64,000 nucleotides of DNA from Zygnema circumcarinatum SAG 698-1b (lineage: Eukaryota > Plantae > Zygnematophyceae). Shown piece by piece: positions 1 to 12,827 of this stretch (positions are counted from its first letter, which is position 1; every line of letters begins with the position of its first letter). The stretch spans positions 310,001-374,000 of the forward strand of contig CM074810.1 in the NCBI GenBank assembly GCA_037447605.1, written 5' to 3'. Below the pieces are notes generated by a model. It did not search any database, was not told where the DNA came from, and saw only the letters and a list, made by a program, of their open reading frames with translations. A program made the translations under genes and the position numbers.

Positions 1-18
1 TTTGTCCCTCTCTGGCAG

Positions 19-2331
19 GAGGCCTACTTCTCTCTCATAGCTATCGAAAAATTGGTTCAGAAAATTCCCAACCTTATATTACAGAAGAGGCTTGAGGTAA
101 ACAATTTAAAATATTTTTCTGCCCCGTTTTGTTTCTCCCCTTATTCATACATCGTTACTGGACATTTGAATTTGAAAGTTTTAAAATTTGTCACGGTTCT
201 TTCCTATGCTTTATTTCTTCTTTAACTTTTTTTTTTTTCCCCATTATATTTGCAGGATATATGGGAATCCATAAGCTCCCTTCTCCTTCATCGCCATTTA
301 TGGGTCCGAAAAGTTTCGTCACGAATTTTAGGTCATTTTTTGTCCAAAGCGGGCCCCTTCGATGCTGCCCGATTCGAAAATAAATTGCAGCAGAAAGATT
401 TTAAAAGTCTTTTGCATCCGAGCAATTTTTTTCTGCTGACCGCATCCCACTGCCTCTTACTGGAAGCGGACGAACCGGATGAAAAAATTGCAGAACAGAC
501 CGTGAAAAATCTTTTAGTTCTAGCTCCTGCTCTCCTATCGTTACCTCTGGTAGAGGGAGAGGGAGAGGGGGAGGGAGAGGGGAGAGGGAGAGGATTAGGG
601 TTTACAAGGGGTAGGAGGGAGGTAATGGAAGGTTCTAATGGCGTTGAATCGATGAAGATGATTAAAGGGTGTGAGGAGAGAGAGGAGAGAGAGAGAGTTG
701 TAGCTGCATGGAGGATGTTGGGGGTGGGAGGGAGGCACAGACGAGGTAGTGGGGTGTGGTGGGAGAGAGAGAGGGAGAGGGAGGGAGAGGGAGAGGAAGA
801 GGAAGAGGACGAGGGAGAGGGAGAGTTGGAGGATGGGGAGGGAGAGGAAGCAGAGCAATCCAAGGAGAGTTTGAATGAAGAGAATGGACACAACGGAGGG
901 GGAGGGAGGAGGAGGGCGATCACAGAGGGAGAATTAAAAGAGGTCAAAGTTTCGACCAATCCTTTCTTGACAGCTGTTTTTCGTCGGCTCACGAAAACTG
1001 CACTCCGAGTCGAACCAATTCAGGCAGGTTTTAACCTTTTAAAGTTCTAAGTTTTCTGGAATTTCTTTTTAATTTGTCTTTTGTTGATTTTTCCCTGACT
1101 TTTTCATTTCGTCTATCTAAACATGCCAAATTTCTTGAAGTTTGAAGCGTGCTCCTATGCTCACACTCATGTAGCACTGAACTTATGGCAATGAACTTAC
1201 TCCAATGTGGGGCCTCTATTTTGGATGACGTCAGCAGGCACGTGCAGTGCTGAGGTGGCAGGCCGCCATGGCCTCAAAGCTCGGCCCCCAAGTCCTCCCT
1301 TTCCTCCCTCTCCTCCTCCGACCTCTCCTCCTCTTCTCGGAAGGCGCCGCCGGGAAGGTCATCCCCGGTGAGGGCGGGGGTAGGGTTTAGGGTTTAGGTT
1401 TAGGGTTTAGGGTTTAGGGGGGTAGGGGCGCAGGGGTAAGGGTAGGGGTAGGGATAGGGATAGGAGTAGGGATAGGGGTAGGGGTAGGGGTAGGGGTAGG
1501 GGTGTAGAGTTAAGGGGTGAAGGCTTAACGCCAAGGTTTGGGGGCGGGGGTAGGGGGGTAGGGGTAAGGGTAGGGGGGTAGGGGTAAGGGTAGGGATAGG
1601 GATAGTGATAGGGATAGGGATAGGGATAGGGATAGGGATAGGGATAGGGATAGGGGTAGGAGTAGGGAAAGGGGTGTATGGTTAAGGGTTGAAGGCTTAA
1701 GGCCAAGGTTTGGGTTTAGGGGCTTCATGTTGCAATGGGGGGATGTAGCATTACATGCGCGCATACACATGTCTATGTATGCTTGCATGCATCTATAGGT
1801 GCATACCTATGGGCATGCACGTATCATGTATATGGGCATCCAAGCATGCATGCATTCATAGACACACACGTGCATGCAATCGTGCATTCACATAGGTCTG
1901 TATGGTATCTTGCATGCATTCTCACGTGCATACATAAGACAGGCATGCATGGATTAGGGTTTTTTGACAATCGCAGGGTTTAGGGTTTTAGGCTTTATTC
2001 GGAGCAGTCCTGAACCCTAAAATCGCTTTTGTTTGCAGATGACCTAAAAATGTTGGCGGAGGAGGTCACAGAGCACATGAGGGAGGCCGTGGGAGTTCAA
2101 GAATTCGTTCGATTGTTCAACTTTGGAAGAGAGCAGATCAAGAAGCAGCGAGAGGGCCGGAAAAAGGCGGAGAAGATTCTGGCATTGGTGGATCCTGAGT
2201 CCACCGCGAAGCGGAAGTTAAAGCTTTCGGCCAAGCGGCAAGCTCAGAAGAAGAGGAAGGTGAAGGCCTTTAAAAGGCAGAGGGGGGAGATGGGAGGGGA
2301 GAGTAAGAAGAAGAGGGCGCGGGAGCTTTAG
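19..2331 (+). CDS. UTP20: 3' end of U3 snoRNP-associated protein UTP20 (DRIM); exons ~19-96, 256-1023, 1238-1367, 2039-2331; gene starts before the window
   Basis: Spliced translation reads ...DIWESISSLLLHRHLWVRKVSSRILG...LRVEPIQ/ARAVLRW...EGAAGKVIP/DDLKMLAEEVTEHMREAVGVQEFVRLF...ILALVDPESTAKRKLKLSAKRQAQKKRK. This resembles the plant UTP20 C-terminus as I recall it. Exon phases are consistent. Exon 2 carries an acidic EG-repeat insertion. Confidence 0.8.
1381..1730 (+). repeat. Intronic telomere-like repeat tract (TTTAGGG with TAGGGG/TAGGGA variants)
   Basis: Directly visible after the donor at 1368: tagggtttagggtttaggtttagggtttagggtttaggg, followed by (taggga)n and (tagggg)n. Confidence 0.9.
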
Positions 2332-2994
2332 GGTTTCGGGTTTAGGGTTTAGGGTTTATAGGGTCTTCGGGGGTTTAGGATTCAGGCTTTTGGGTTTGTA
2401 CGGTCCATTTTTGTTCAATCAGTGGAAGATGAATTGGTGGAATCTGGCACTAGGGTTGATCTGACTCTCCTTTGCCACATTTCTTGAAACGTAATAAAAG
2501 CTCGATCTTGCAGGTTACAAACTTGGCTTGTTTAATGTCGCTGATTTGTTTATCTGTTGAATTTTGCTTGTCTTTTTTTTTTGTTTTTTTTTTGGATGTG
2601 CGCAAATGTGGGCCCATATTCATGTTCGTGTTAATAGAGTCATAGAAAGGACGAAAAATCTGACACTTTAGAGCTCCGCGAAAACTTTGTTCAAGAACAC
2701 TTCAACAACTCAACTCTGTCCCTTTCCTTTCTCTCTCTCTCCCCATTCCTCTCTCCCGCTCTTTCGCTCTTACCTTAATTTTAACGCTGACTTATCAACC
2801 ACAAAAGCACATTTCTCCCCTCCCTACTCCCTCTCTCTCTAACTCTCCTCTCGCCTCTCCTAAGAACAAAAAATAAATGGAAAGGCGCGAGGCATTTATT
2901 TCTCTGTTGCTGCTCTTACACTCGCTCCTCTGTCTCTATCCCTCTCTCCTCTGTTTCTCTCACATCCCTTCATCGTCGTAGTTTCCTTTTAATA

Positions 2995-4734
2995 CTATTT
3001 TTCCTCACCGTCTCTACTACCATCCCCTTCTTTTTTTTCCCTCCCTCCATCCTCGGCAGTGCTCTCTCCCATGACAGTGTCTCTCCCATCTCCTCCTCCA
3101 CCCCCTCCCTCCTCCACTGCCACCTCCTTGGACTCCTGATTCTCATCCTTTCCTGATTGAAGTTCCTTCGCGCCCCCCTCGTCCCTCTCCTGCACCTCTC
3201 CCTCTGCACCTTTCTCCCTCTCCCTCTCTTGTGCCTCTCCCTCTCCCTCTCCTTCGTTCGCCCCTCTGTTCTCCCTCTCTCCCTGCTGTCTCTCACCCTC
3301 CTCTCTCACTTCGTTCCCAGTGTCCACTCTCTCATTTCCCTCCCTCTCTTCTATATGACTCTCACCTTTTCCCTCAATCTTTTGGTTTTCGCCCTCGTCT
3401 AGCTCACGGTCTTTCTCTTCCTCGTTCTTCACTCCCACCTCTCTCTCTTCGTCCCCTCTCTCTTTCTCTCTCTCTTCAGCCTCTCTCTCTTCCACCATCC
3501 CTACTTTCAACTCTCTATCTTCCCCTACCGTTCTTCCTCCATCCTCTCTCTCTTCCCCCTCTCCCACTCCCGCCTCGCGTTCCTCCGCCTCTCTCCCTTC
3601 ACCCTCTTCATCCTCCTCCATTGCTTTCGCCTCGTCATCCCCTCTCCTTCCCTCCTCCTCCCGTACCTCCTCTCCCACTTGAGCACCTCCGGCTTCCTCT
3701 CTCTCCATATCCTCCTTCACGCTTTCACCACCTGCTCTCTCCTCACTTGTATCCATGGCTACCCTCTCGTCTACCTCTCCTTCTCTCTCCTCCTTTCCGC
3801 TCTCCTCTCCTCCCGCCTGCGATGTCCCTAAATCCTTGGCTACCTGCACTCTCAAAAAAAAAAGAGGTGTATATATTAACTGAATGGTTTTGTGAGGTTT
3901 TGGGCTATAAGCTGTTCAGATCCTAGCAAAAGACTTAGATTTTGAGGCACTGACCTCTGTAGGTGCCTCTTGCTGCTGCTGAAGCGCCTCCTCCCTTCTC
4001 CCTTCATTCTGTGAAGCTTCAATCACTGCCTGCCTCCTTGCCAGCACCTCTGATACCTGAGAGAATGGGAGAGAGAGAAAGAGAGAGAGGTCAAGAGAGT
4101 GAGAGTGAGGGTGAGAGTGAGAGTAAGAGAGAGTGAGGGTGAGAGTGAGAGTAAGAGAGAGTGAGGCCTGATCTATGATTAACATCCTCAATAGTCCAAA
4201 TGCTTAATTGCTACATTTCTGTAATTAATAGCATTTTATAATTTCAATTGTCGCAAAAAAACAACCTACAGTTCTGAGAAAATCAAAGTAAAAAGCGATG
4301 ATGAATTTTAGGATTTGCGGGTTTTTCGGATTCCACTAACCGGAAGAAAACGCAGTTTCGGAACGCCGCCTCCTCCTGCAGACCTCCACATGTCCGTACA
4401 CGGAAATGAATAAATGCCCCAGTTACAAACCCTGCAACCCGCCCCCTCCATCTCCTTCTTCCTCTCCCTTCCCCTCTTCCTCCCTCCCACCTCCCCCTTT
4501 TCCTCTCACTCTCCCTCCCCCCTCCTCCCTCCCTTCCCCCTCTCTCTCCCTCTCCCTCTCCTCACCGTGTGCTGAGGCCGCCCCCGCGGGAACCCACTTG
4601 TAGGCCGCCACGTGGCCCCCCGCCCGGCGGGTCCAGCGCTTCTGCCAGCGCCGCACCTTCCCCGCAAACACCGCCGCGGGGCCGCCGTGACGCGTCGCCG
4701 CGCGGCTGCCCAGACGGGTCTGGGCGATCTCCAT
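2995..4734 (-). CDS. BCL7: BCL7-domain homolog (plant BDH/BCL7 SWI/SNF subunit) with a long acidic C-terminal tail; exons 4734-4566, ~4376-4341, 4056-3955, 3843-2995
   Basis: N-terminus MEIAQTRLGSRAATRHGGPAAVFAGKVRRWQKRW...YKWVP matches the plant BDH motif (MEGVGARLGRSSTRYGPATVFTGPVRKWKKKW...YKW). The second motif PKLRFLP/VSEV resembles the RKFxYxPV box. Introns are GT-AG and in phase. Confidence 0.85.
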
Positions 4735-4808
4735 GGAGGGAGAGGGAGAGGGACAGGGAGAGGGAGAGGGAGAGGGAGAGGGAGAGGGAGAGGGAGAGNN
4801 NNNNNNNN

Positions 4809-6059
4809 CTCTCTTCCCCCTCTCCCACTCCCGCCTCGCGTTCCTCCGCCTCTCTCCCTTCACCCTCTTCATCCTCCTCCATTGCTTTCGCCTCGTCATC
4901 CCCTCTCCTTCCCTCCTCCTCCCGTACCTCCTCTCCCACTTGAGCACCTCCGGCTTCCTCTCTCTCCATATCCTCCTTCACGCTTTCACCACCTGCTCTC
5001 TCCTCACTTGTATCCATGGCTACCCTCTCGTCTACCTCTCCTTCTCTCTCCTCCTTTCCGCTCTCCTCTCCTCCCGCCTGCGATGTCCCTAAATCCTTGG
5101 CTACCTGCACTCTCAAAAAAAAAAGAGGTGTATATATTAACTGAATGGTTTTGTGAGGTTTTGGGCTATAAGCTGTTCAGATCCTAGCAAAAGACTTAGA
5201 TTTTGAGGCACTGACCTCTGTAGGTGCCTCTTGCTGCTGCTGAAGCGCCTCCTCCCTTCTCCCTTCATTCTGTGAAGCTTCAATCACTGCCTGCCTCCTT
5301 GCCAGCACCTCTGATACCTGAGAGAATGGGAGAGAGAGAAAGAGAGAGAGGTCAAGAGAGTGAGAGTGAGGGTGAGAGTGAGAGTAAGAGAGAGTGAGGG
5401 TGAGAGTGAGAGTAAGAGAGAGTGAGGCCTGATCTATGATTAACATCCTCAATAGTCCAAATGCTTAATTGCTACATTTCTGTAATTAATAGCATTTTAT
5501 AATTTCAATTGTCGCAAAAAAACAACCTACAGTTCTGAGAAAATCAAAGTAAAAAGCGATGATGAATTTTAGGATTTGCGGGTTTTTCGGATTCCACTAA
5601 CCGGAAGAAAACGCAGTTTCGGAACGCCGCCTCCTCCTGCAGACCTCCACATGTCCGTACACGGAAATGAATAAATGCCCCAGTTACAAACCCTGCAACC
5701 CGCCCCCTCCATCTCCTTCTTCCTCTCCCTTCCCCTCTTCCTCCCTCCCACCTCCCCCTTTTCCTCTCACTCTCCCTCCCCCCTCCTCCCTCCCTTCCCC
5801 CTCTCTCTCCCTCTCCCTCTCCTCACCGTGTGCTGAGGCCGCCCCCGCGGGAACCCACTTGTAGGCCGCCACGTGGCCCCCCGCCCGGCGGGTCCAGCGC
5901 TTCTGCCAGCGCCGCACCTTCCCCGCAAACACCGCCGCGGGGCCGCCGTGACGCGTCGCCGCGCGGCTGCCCAGACGGGTCTGGGCGATCTCCATGGAGG
6001 GAGAGGGAGAGGGACAGGGAGAGGGAGAGGGAGAGGGAGAGGGAGAGGGAGAGGGAGAG
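4809..6059. repeat. Gap-bounded exact duplicate of 3548-4798 (offset 1261), probable assembly artefact
   Basis: ORFs recur with identical translation at +1261 (3855/5116, 4191/5452, 4490/5751). Both copies end at an N gap at the same sequence position. Confidence 0.85.
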
Positions 6060-6678
6060 NNNNNNNNNNCGGAGGGAGAGAGGAGGGAGAGGACGAGGGT
6101 GAGGGGAGGGGGAGGGCGAGGGAGAGTGAGAGGCGTAGGGACCAAAAGTGAAATTTGAAACGAAACCGTAAATGTTCCAACGGGGCGAAAGCCGCGAAAC
6201 CCTAAATTCTGCGCGGGAACGTCCGAATTTGAGTGGAGGGAGAGGAGAGGGGGGTAGGGGGAGGGAGAGGGAGAGGGAGAGGGAGTGGGAGTGGGAGTGG
6301 GAGGGAGAGGGAGGGAGGTGAGAGGGGAGAGGGAAAGGGCGGGCAAGGGAGAGGGCGGGCGAGGGAGAGAGCGAGTGCAGTAGAGAGCGAGAGAGAGGTA
6401 TAGGGACAAGGAGGGAGGGCCGTGCTCCAGAGGGAGGGACCCTCTGGAGGGATAACGATAGAGGACAAAAGAGATTGAGAGAGAGAGAGAGAGAGACAGA
6501 GAGAGAGAGAGAATTTGACCTAATTCGATGATCTGCAATCCTTCCGCTTTATTGGAGTGGAATTTTCATCATATTTATTAGAATCCTATTTCTCCTTACA
6601 TCTCTTAAAATCCTGCGATGAGAGCTTCAGCCTTACGTGCGACGAATTTCCAGTAAAAAATTTCCACTTTTTCCGACG

Positions 6679-9626
6679 ATGAGCTTTTGGTTCCGAGAAG
6701 TGTTTCTCCCTCAATGGAAGCAGCAACGAAAGCGTCGCCGAGACGCCATGCGCAGGGCACGTGGCACCTTTCGGCCTCTGTCACGTGGCATCAGAAACTC
6801 CTTGCCACGTGGCAGCAGCTCCAAGAGCCTCCTTACTGTGAAGAGAGCAGAAGCTTCCTGGAAATTTTCGCAGCCTTGTCTTATTCCGGAAGAAACTCCC
6901 CGTTTCCATGGCCGTCGCAGGCGACGGAACGCCGTTGTGAGCTCCTCCGAGAGCTCGGAGGACATGGGTCCGTTGCAGGTGTGTGAACTGGGAACTGAAA
7001 CGGAATCCATGGAACGCCTAAATTTCGGAGACTCAACAGATGCTGAAATGGCGGATTCAGAGGACTCGGAGGGTTCCGGAGCTTCTGTGAAATTCTTAAG
7101 ATATAAAGCAAGGCGAACCCAACTTTTATCAGATTTCGGAAATTCATCGGCGGAATTGGAAGGATGTGCGTCTCTTTTTCCGCGGCTGCCGGATGTGATT
7201 GCTCTTCAAATCGTGGCAAGATTAGGGTTGAAGCAGCGCGTGGCTGCTCAGCTTGTGAACCGGCGATGGAGGGATGTGCTCAGCAGCGACGAGCTCTACA
7301 TGGTGAGAGAGGGCAGACCCTGAATCTTGCTAAACCTTTTACCTTACACCTTAAACTCTCCACTTTAAACCTTAAACCTGAAACGCTAGACCCTGAATCT
7401 TCAAGCCTGAGCCTTAGATCCTAACCTGAAACCCCAAACCTTAAATCCGAATCTTTAGCCCCTAAACCTTCACCCCCCCCTCCCCCACTCCCCCTCTCCC
7501 TTTCTCCCCCTCTCCCTCTCCCGCTCTCCCCCTCTCACTCTCCCCCTCTCACTCTCCCCCTCTACCTCTCCCTCTCTCTCTCGCCCCCTCCCCATCTCTC
7601 CCTCTCCCCTTCACCCTCTCTCCCTCTCCCCCTCTCCCCTTCTCCCCCTTTCCCTATCCCCCTCTCCCCCTCTCTCTCCTCCACTCCCTCTCTCCCCCTC
7701 TCCCTCTCCCCCTCTCCTGTTTTCTCCCTCCCCCTCTCCCCTTCTCCCCCTTTCCCTGTCCCCCTCTCCCCCTCTCTCTCCCCCACTCCCTCTCTCCCCC
7801 TCTCCCTCTCCCCCTCTCCTGTTTTCTCCCTCCCCCTCTCCCCTTCTCCCCCTTTCCCTATCCCCCTCTCCCCTTCTCCCTCTCCCCCACTCCCTCTCTC
7901 CCCCTCTTCCTCTCGCCCTCTCCTGTTCTCTCCCCCCTCTCCCTCTCCCTCCCTCCCTCCCTCTTTCTCCCTCCCCCCTCCCCTCCCTCCAGGACCGCGC
8001 CCTCCTCGGGCTCTTGGAGCCCCACCTCTGCATGTGCTACCTGGCCCGCCCCATTGTGGGAACGCGCACCTCCCTCGTGGTTCGCCTCCTGAACCCTAAA
8101 ACCCGGCGCTGGCTCACCCTCCCTCCCCTCCGCCTTTGGGACCACGACGAGATTTTGGAGGACTTCGTGTGCATTTCCCAGGGCTCGAAGCTGTACCTCC
8201 TTGGGGGGGCCTCCGGGCCTAGCGAGTTGGGGCATGTTGACGAACATGGCAAGCATGAGATTCGAACAATGTGGTTCTTCGACGCCATGAAAGGAGCGTG
8301 GGAGCAGGGCCCTTCCATGAACATTCCGCGCAGCCAGTTTGTGGCGGGAATCGTCGACCATCATCTCTACATTGCAGATGGTGAGGCTTCGCATTTGACT
8401 CTGATTTTAGGGTTTGTAGGGTTTGTTTAGGATTTTGTAGGGTCTAGGCGCTTTTCAAAGGCTAGGGGCTTTTTAAGTTTTAGGGTTTTAGGGCTTTCCT
8501 AGGGTCTAGGAGGCTAGGACTTGAGAGTTTTTGAGTCTATTCAGGTTTTGGGCACCACATTGCTTCATTCTGATTCGTCCTTTTGATTTTAGTTTCTATT
8601 TGTAATCAGAGATCCGATGAGCTCTAACTCTCCCTCTTTGTCTTGTCCCTCTCTCGCACACACGCTCCCTATCGCTCTCCCACTCTCACTCTCTCCTTCT
8701 GCCTGTGACTTTCCCCACTCTTTCTCTCCCCCCCTCTCTCTCTCCCTCTCTCTCCCTCACTCTCGCTGTTTTTCCCTTACCTTAATTCTAACCCTGGCTC
8801 ATTAAGCACAAAAACACTCCCCTATCTCTCTCTCACCCCCCTCATCTCTCTCTCCCTCTATCACACTCTCTCGCTCTCTTTCCTCTCTTTAATCTCATAC
8901 ACTTTTCTGTAAACTCCCTGTCTGTGTTTATTAAAATTTAGCGATGGTGGTGTGAATGCAGGCTCGGACACCCCCGAGGTGGAGATGTTAAGTTTAAAAG
9001 GAGACATAAAAAAGAACAAGTGGGTCCTCTTGGACCAACTTTACCAAAACTACAAACTCAACTGCCAAGGCTCGTTTGTGAAAGACAGAAATTTTTTTCT
9101 GGTCAAAGCGACGGGAGAATTCGGTTTCCAATCCGAATTTTTTGACATTTTCGACCCAAAGCACTTCACTTGGACCAAAAAAAGAGGATTTTTTGGACCC
9201 CAAGACCGGTCCTTTCCGAGCTGCGGCGGCTCCTTTGCTGCGGTGGGAAATGAAGTCTACGGAATTTTCTCACACGTGCTGGGAAATGACCTAAGTTTGG
9301 ACCACACCATTCGATGTTTGGATGAGAAGGAGGGGCAATGGAGAGTGGTAGCAGATTACTTGCATATGAAGAAATCAGAGCTTGAAGAGCTGCATGCTCT
9401 CCAGCTTGTGGGAGTGGGAGAGAGGCTCTGTGTGGTAGCCTCAGGGAGGAGGGCGGACAATAGTGTGGTCTCCTTTGTGAGTGTGCTTGGGCTACAGAGG
9501 GGGAGGGAGAGGGAGAGAGAGGGAGGGGGGAGGGAGGGAGCGGTGTGGGAGGTAGAGCGGATGCCAATGCAGACCGTTTTGTATGAGGATTGTGTGATCA
9601 GCGCTGTGGCAGAGTTCGCAGTCTGA
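6679..9626 (+). CDS. F-box/kelch-repeat protein; exons ~6679-7302, 7993-8380, 8962-9626 (start codon uncertain)
   Basis: F-box: LFPRLPDVIALQIVARL...QLVNRRWRDVLSSDELY/MDRALLGLLEPHL. Kelch repeats: KLYLLGG...WFFDAMKGAWEQGPSMNIPRSQFVAGIVDHHLYIADG/SDTPEVE and AAVGNEVYGI. Splice phases are consistent. Confidence 0.85.
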
Positions 9627-10029
9627 ACCCTGTCTGTCTACATCTAATGGTGAATCAAAGGGAGCTTTTTTGATTCGAGGGTTCAGGTTTTAGGGTTTTG
9701 CATTGGGAGAGTTTTTGGAGAGGTGGGGCTTTGGTGGGTTTGGGAGTTGGCGCTTGAACAGAGAATTTGGGGCGTTTAGGGTTTGTGGTGGTTTTCACAT
9801 GGAACATGCGTGGATTGCATGTATGGCTGTCATGTCACACATGCACATGCAGGGGCATGCATTGGAGCGCTTGTCGTGTTGCACATGCGATGAGCCCAAG
9901 AATCCGTTCACCAACAAAGAAGAAGAAAATGGCATTGATCTCACGATGGCGAGAGGCCATCAAATGTACATGGACAAAAGCAGCATGGGGAACCACGAAG
10001 ATCCGGTAGCAAAGGACAGTATGGTACAG

Positions 10030-10290
10030 TCCTTGGCAACCAATTGGGCAACCATTGGTTACCAATTGCGCAACCATTGGCTACCAATAGCGCAACCATT
10101 GGCTCCCAATTAGGCAACCAGTGGTTACCAATTGCGCAACCATTTAGCAACCGGCAACCAATGGTTGCAACCATTCATAACCAAAGATTGCGACCAACCA
10201 ATAGCATCCAGAGGCCCCAACCATTGGCAAACAATGGCTACGACCATTTGCAATGGTCGTCAACCCACTGGTCGTCATAGCAGCCCAATC
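10030..10290. repeat. Degenerate ~22-bp tandem array built on CAACCATTGG/CCAATGGTTG palindromic units
   Basis: Recurrent gcaaccattgg...ccaattgc units, upstream of the PGPS start. Confidence 0.75.
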
Positions 10291-10546
10291 CCTTCGTCGA
10301 TCCATACAGGAAAATGGTTCGACGTACTGCACAGTTATTTTGAACCCTAAACTCATCTTTTTCTCTAAAAGCCTGAACTCTGAACCCTCAAAATTCAAAC
10401 CCTAGCTTAAAATCCTCAAAATCACAGAAACACACAAACTAAAGCCTGAAACCTAACGCTTCCCTGCGCCATGGCGAAGCCCTAACTCCTCCGCGCCGGA
10501 GCTTGAGGCAGCCATGGCGGACGAGTGAGAGGGCTTCGTAGAAGCG

Positions 10547-12796
10547 ATGGCTCTCTCTCTCCGTCCTCTCTCTCGGGCGGCTCTCTCTCTCTGCGACGGC
10601 CTCCTTTTCTCTCCCGCATCCCAACCCAGTTTTAGTGCACAAATTAGGGTTAACTGGGTAGCAGGGAAAGCTTATTTTCCCTCTCAAAAGAAGGGAGAAA
10701 CAACATACTGCAGCCTTCCATGGAGAGAGAAAACATCACTTCAAAAGAAAGGATTAGCTTTGGAAAAACGTTATGAAGGGAGATGCAGGAGCTTTCTGCA
10801 TGTAACGAGGTTCAGTTCCAGTTTCAGTTTCAGTGCAGAGAAACTACATCAAAGAGGCTTTTTGTCTGCTAGTGAGAGAAAGAGAGGAGTGGGAGGCGAC
10901 GGAGGAGGGAGAGGTCAGCACCACAAATCATGGAGGTGGGCAACTTCCTCATCTTTAGTTCCGAAGGAGAAGGAAATTGTGGATGGGGCTTCCGCTTCTG
11001 TGGGAGAGACAGAGGAAAAGAGAGAGGAGAAACAGAGTGGAGAGAGGGAGAGGAGACAGAGAAGGAATGATTTTATCACTCTTCCGACTGCTTTGACCCT
11101 CGCTCGAGTCGCAGCTGTACCGGCACTTCTAGCAGGTGAGAGACGTATTTTATCGAAGAAATTCTCCCTCTCCATCAGCCTCTCCCTCTCCCTCTCCCTC
11201 TCCCTCTCCCTGAAACACATTGAAATGGTTTGGCTTTGTCGGCAGTTTTCTACTCCCACCCAGAAGCTGCGACGGCAATTTTCATCCTGGCTTCCCTAAC
11301 GGATTGGTTGGACGGATTTCTTGCGCGGAGGGTACAAATTTGCTTTCACAAAAGTCCACCTCGCATTTTAAAAACATGCTTTATGTAATACTTGAATCTT
11401 GTCGCCAGCTGAAGAAAGTGTTTAGGGTTCCTAGTGGTTTCAGGGGATGAGAGGCTCCGAGATTTCGTGGTTTCTCGGGGCTTCTGAAGCCTTTGGATGA
11501 GAAGAGGTTTTTGAGGAAGCTCACCCCTTTTGTAAATTCTCTTTATTTTATCTATTTTCGGGAGGGCAGATGGGAAATATGACAGCTTTTGGGGCCTTCC
11601 TCGACCCTGTTGCAGATAAGGTGAAAAAAAAAATCTCCTCCGAAAAGATGAGAGAGAGTGAGAGAGAGACAGTGAGAGAGAAAGAGAGAGAGAGAGGGAG
11701 GAAGGGAACCTGGAACCCTAAGAAATCAGAACAGTGTTCAAAACTGGTCACCACTACATTCTCGCTGTATCAAAATCTAATGCAAAACTGCAACTTTTTT
11801 CTTCTTGCCTTCTTGGTAAACAAAAAGCATAGATATTTTTCTCAGAATTTTCCAATACTGAAGCAGCCCTCGTTCCATGCAGCTCATGGTTGCAGCTGCG
11901 CTCGTTTTACTGTGCACGGAACCAGTTCCGTTAGAACTGCCGCTCTATGTGCTTCCCGTTCCGGCGATAGCCATTATTGGCCGTGAGGTACGACTGAGGG
12001 TTTTAGGGTTTGGGAGTTTCGATCATTTTTAGGGTTTGAAATGGTCAAGGTTAAGATTCAGGTTTAAGTCAGTTTAGGGTTTCGAGAAGTTTATGTCTTT
12101 TTGGGTTTTGAAAGTTCAATCATTTTTAGGGCAAGCAAGAAAGTTCACAACTTTTAAAGTTTTCAGCTGCTTTTGAAAAATGTCTTTCAGTTATAGCCCC
12201 TGTTCTGCCTTCCCGGTTCTCTGCTTATGAATGTACTTTTAAAATGTTGCAAACGTTGCATTTAAAAAAACATGTAAACGTGTTCAGTATTAGGCTCTGC
12301 TTCATTCAAAAGGACGGTTTGACAAGGAAATATATTTGTATATATATATATATTATAATATATATATTTGAATTTGTATGGGATCGATTTTTTGCAGATT
12401 ACAATGTCGGCTGTCAGAGAGTGGGCGGCATCTCAGGGAGGCACCGTCCATCAGGTTCTCCGTTCGATCCTTATACCCTAAGAACCTCTGAACCCTCAAA
12501 CCCTAGATTTCAAAACCCTACTTTTTCTTAAACCCTAATATTTTGAACCCCGGAACTCCTGACACTTTCCACGTCCTGGAAGTGAGCGCAGAACCTCGAA
12601 GCCAGAAATGACATTTTGTTTTTTCAAAAAAAGCCATTTATCACTTCTGTCCTTCAAACATCCCTTTTTTGACTTCCCCATGTTTTTTGCAGGCAGTGGC
12701 GGTGAGCTCTTTAGGGAAGTGGAAAACAGCGACGCAGATGGCATCCATCACTCTCCTGCTCGCTCTCCGCCACATGAGGTCAGCGCTATTCTATGC

Positions 12797-12827
<31 letters not shown>

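Noticed and set aside
1381-1730. Chromosome end or telomere fusion site
   Set aside because: The repeats are short, degenerate and lie inside an intron whose flanking exons join in frame.
1740-1950. CATGCA (RY/Sph) clusters as regulatory elements (also 13520-13550, 39955-40210, 44120-44210)
   Set aside because: They lie within introns near acceptors and recur as generic low-complexity DNA in this genome.
3548-6059. Tandem duplication of the BCL7-like gene
   Set aside because: Exact copy bounded by gaps on both sides and truncated mid-exon, most likely a scaffolding artefact.
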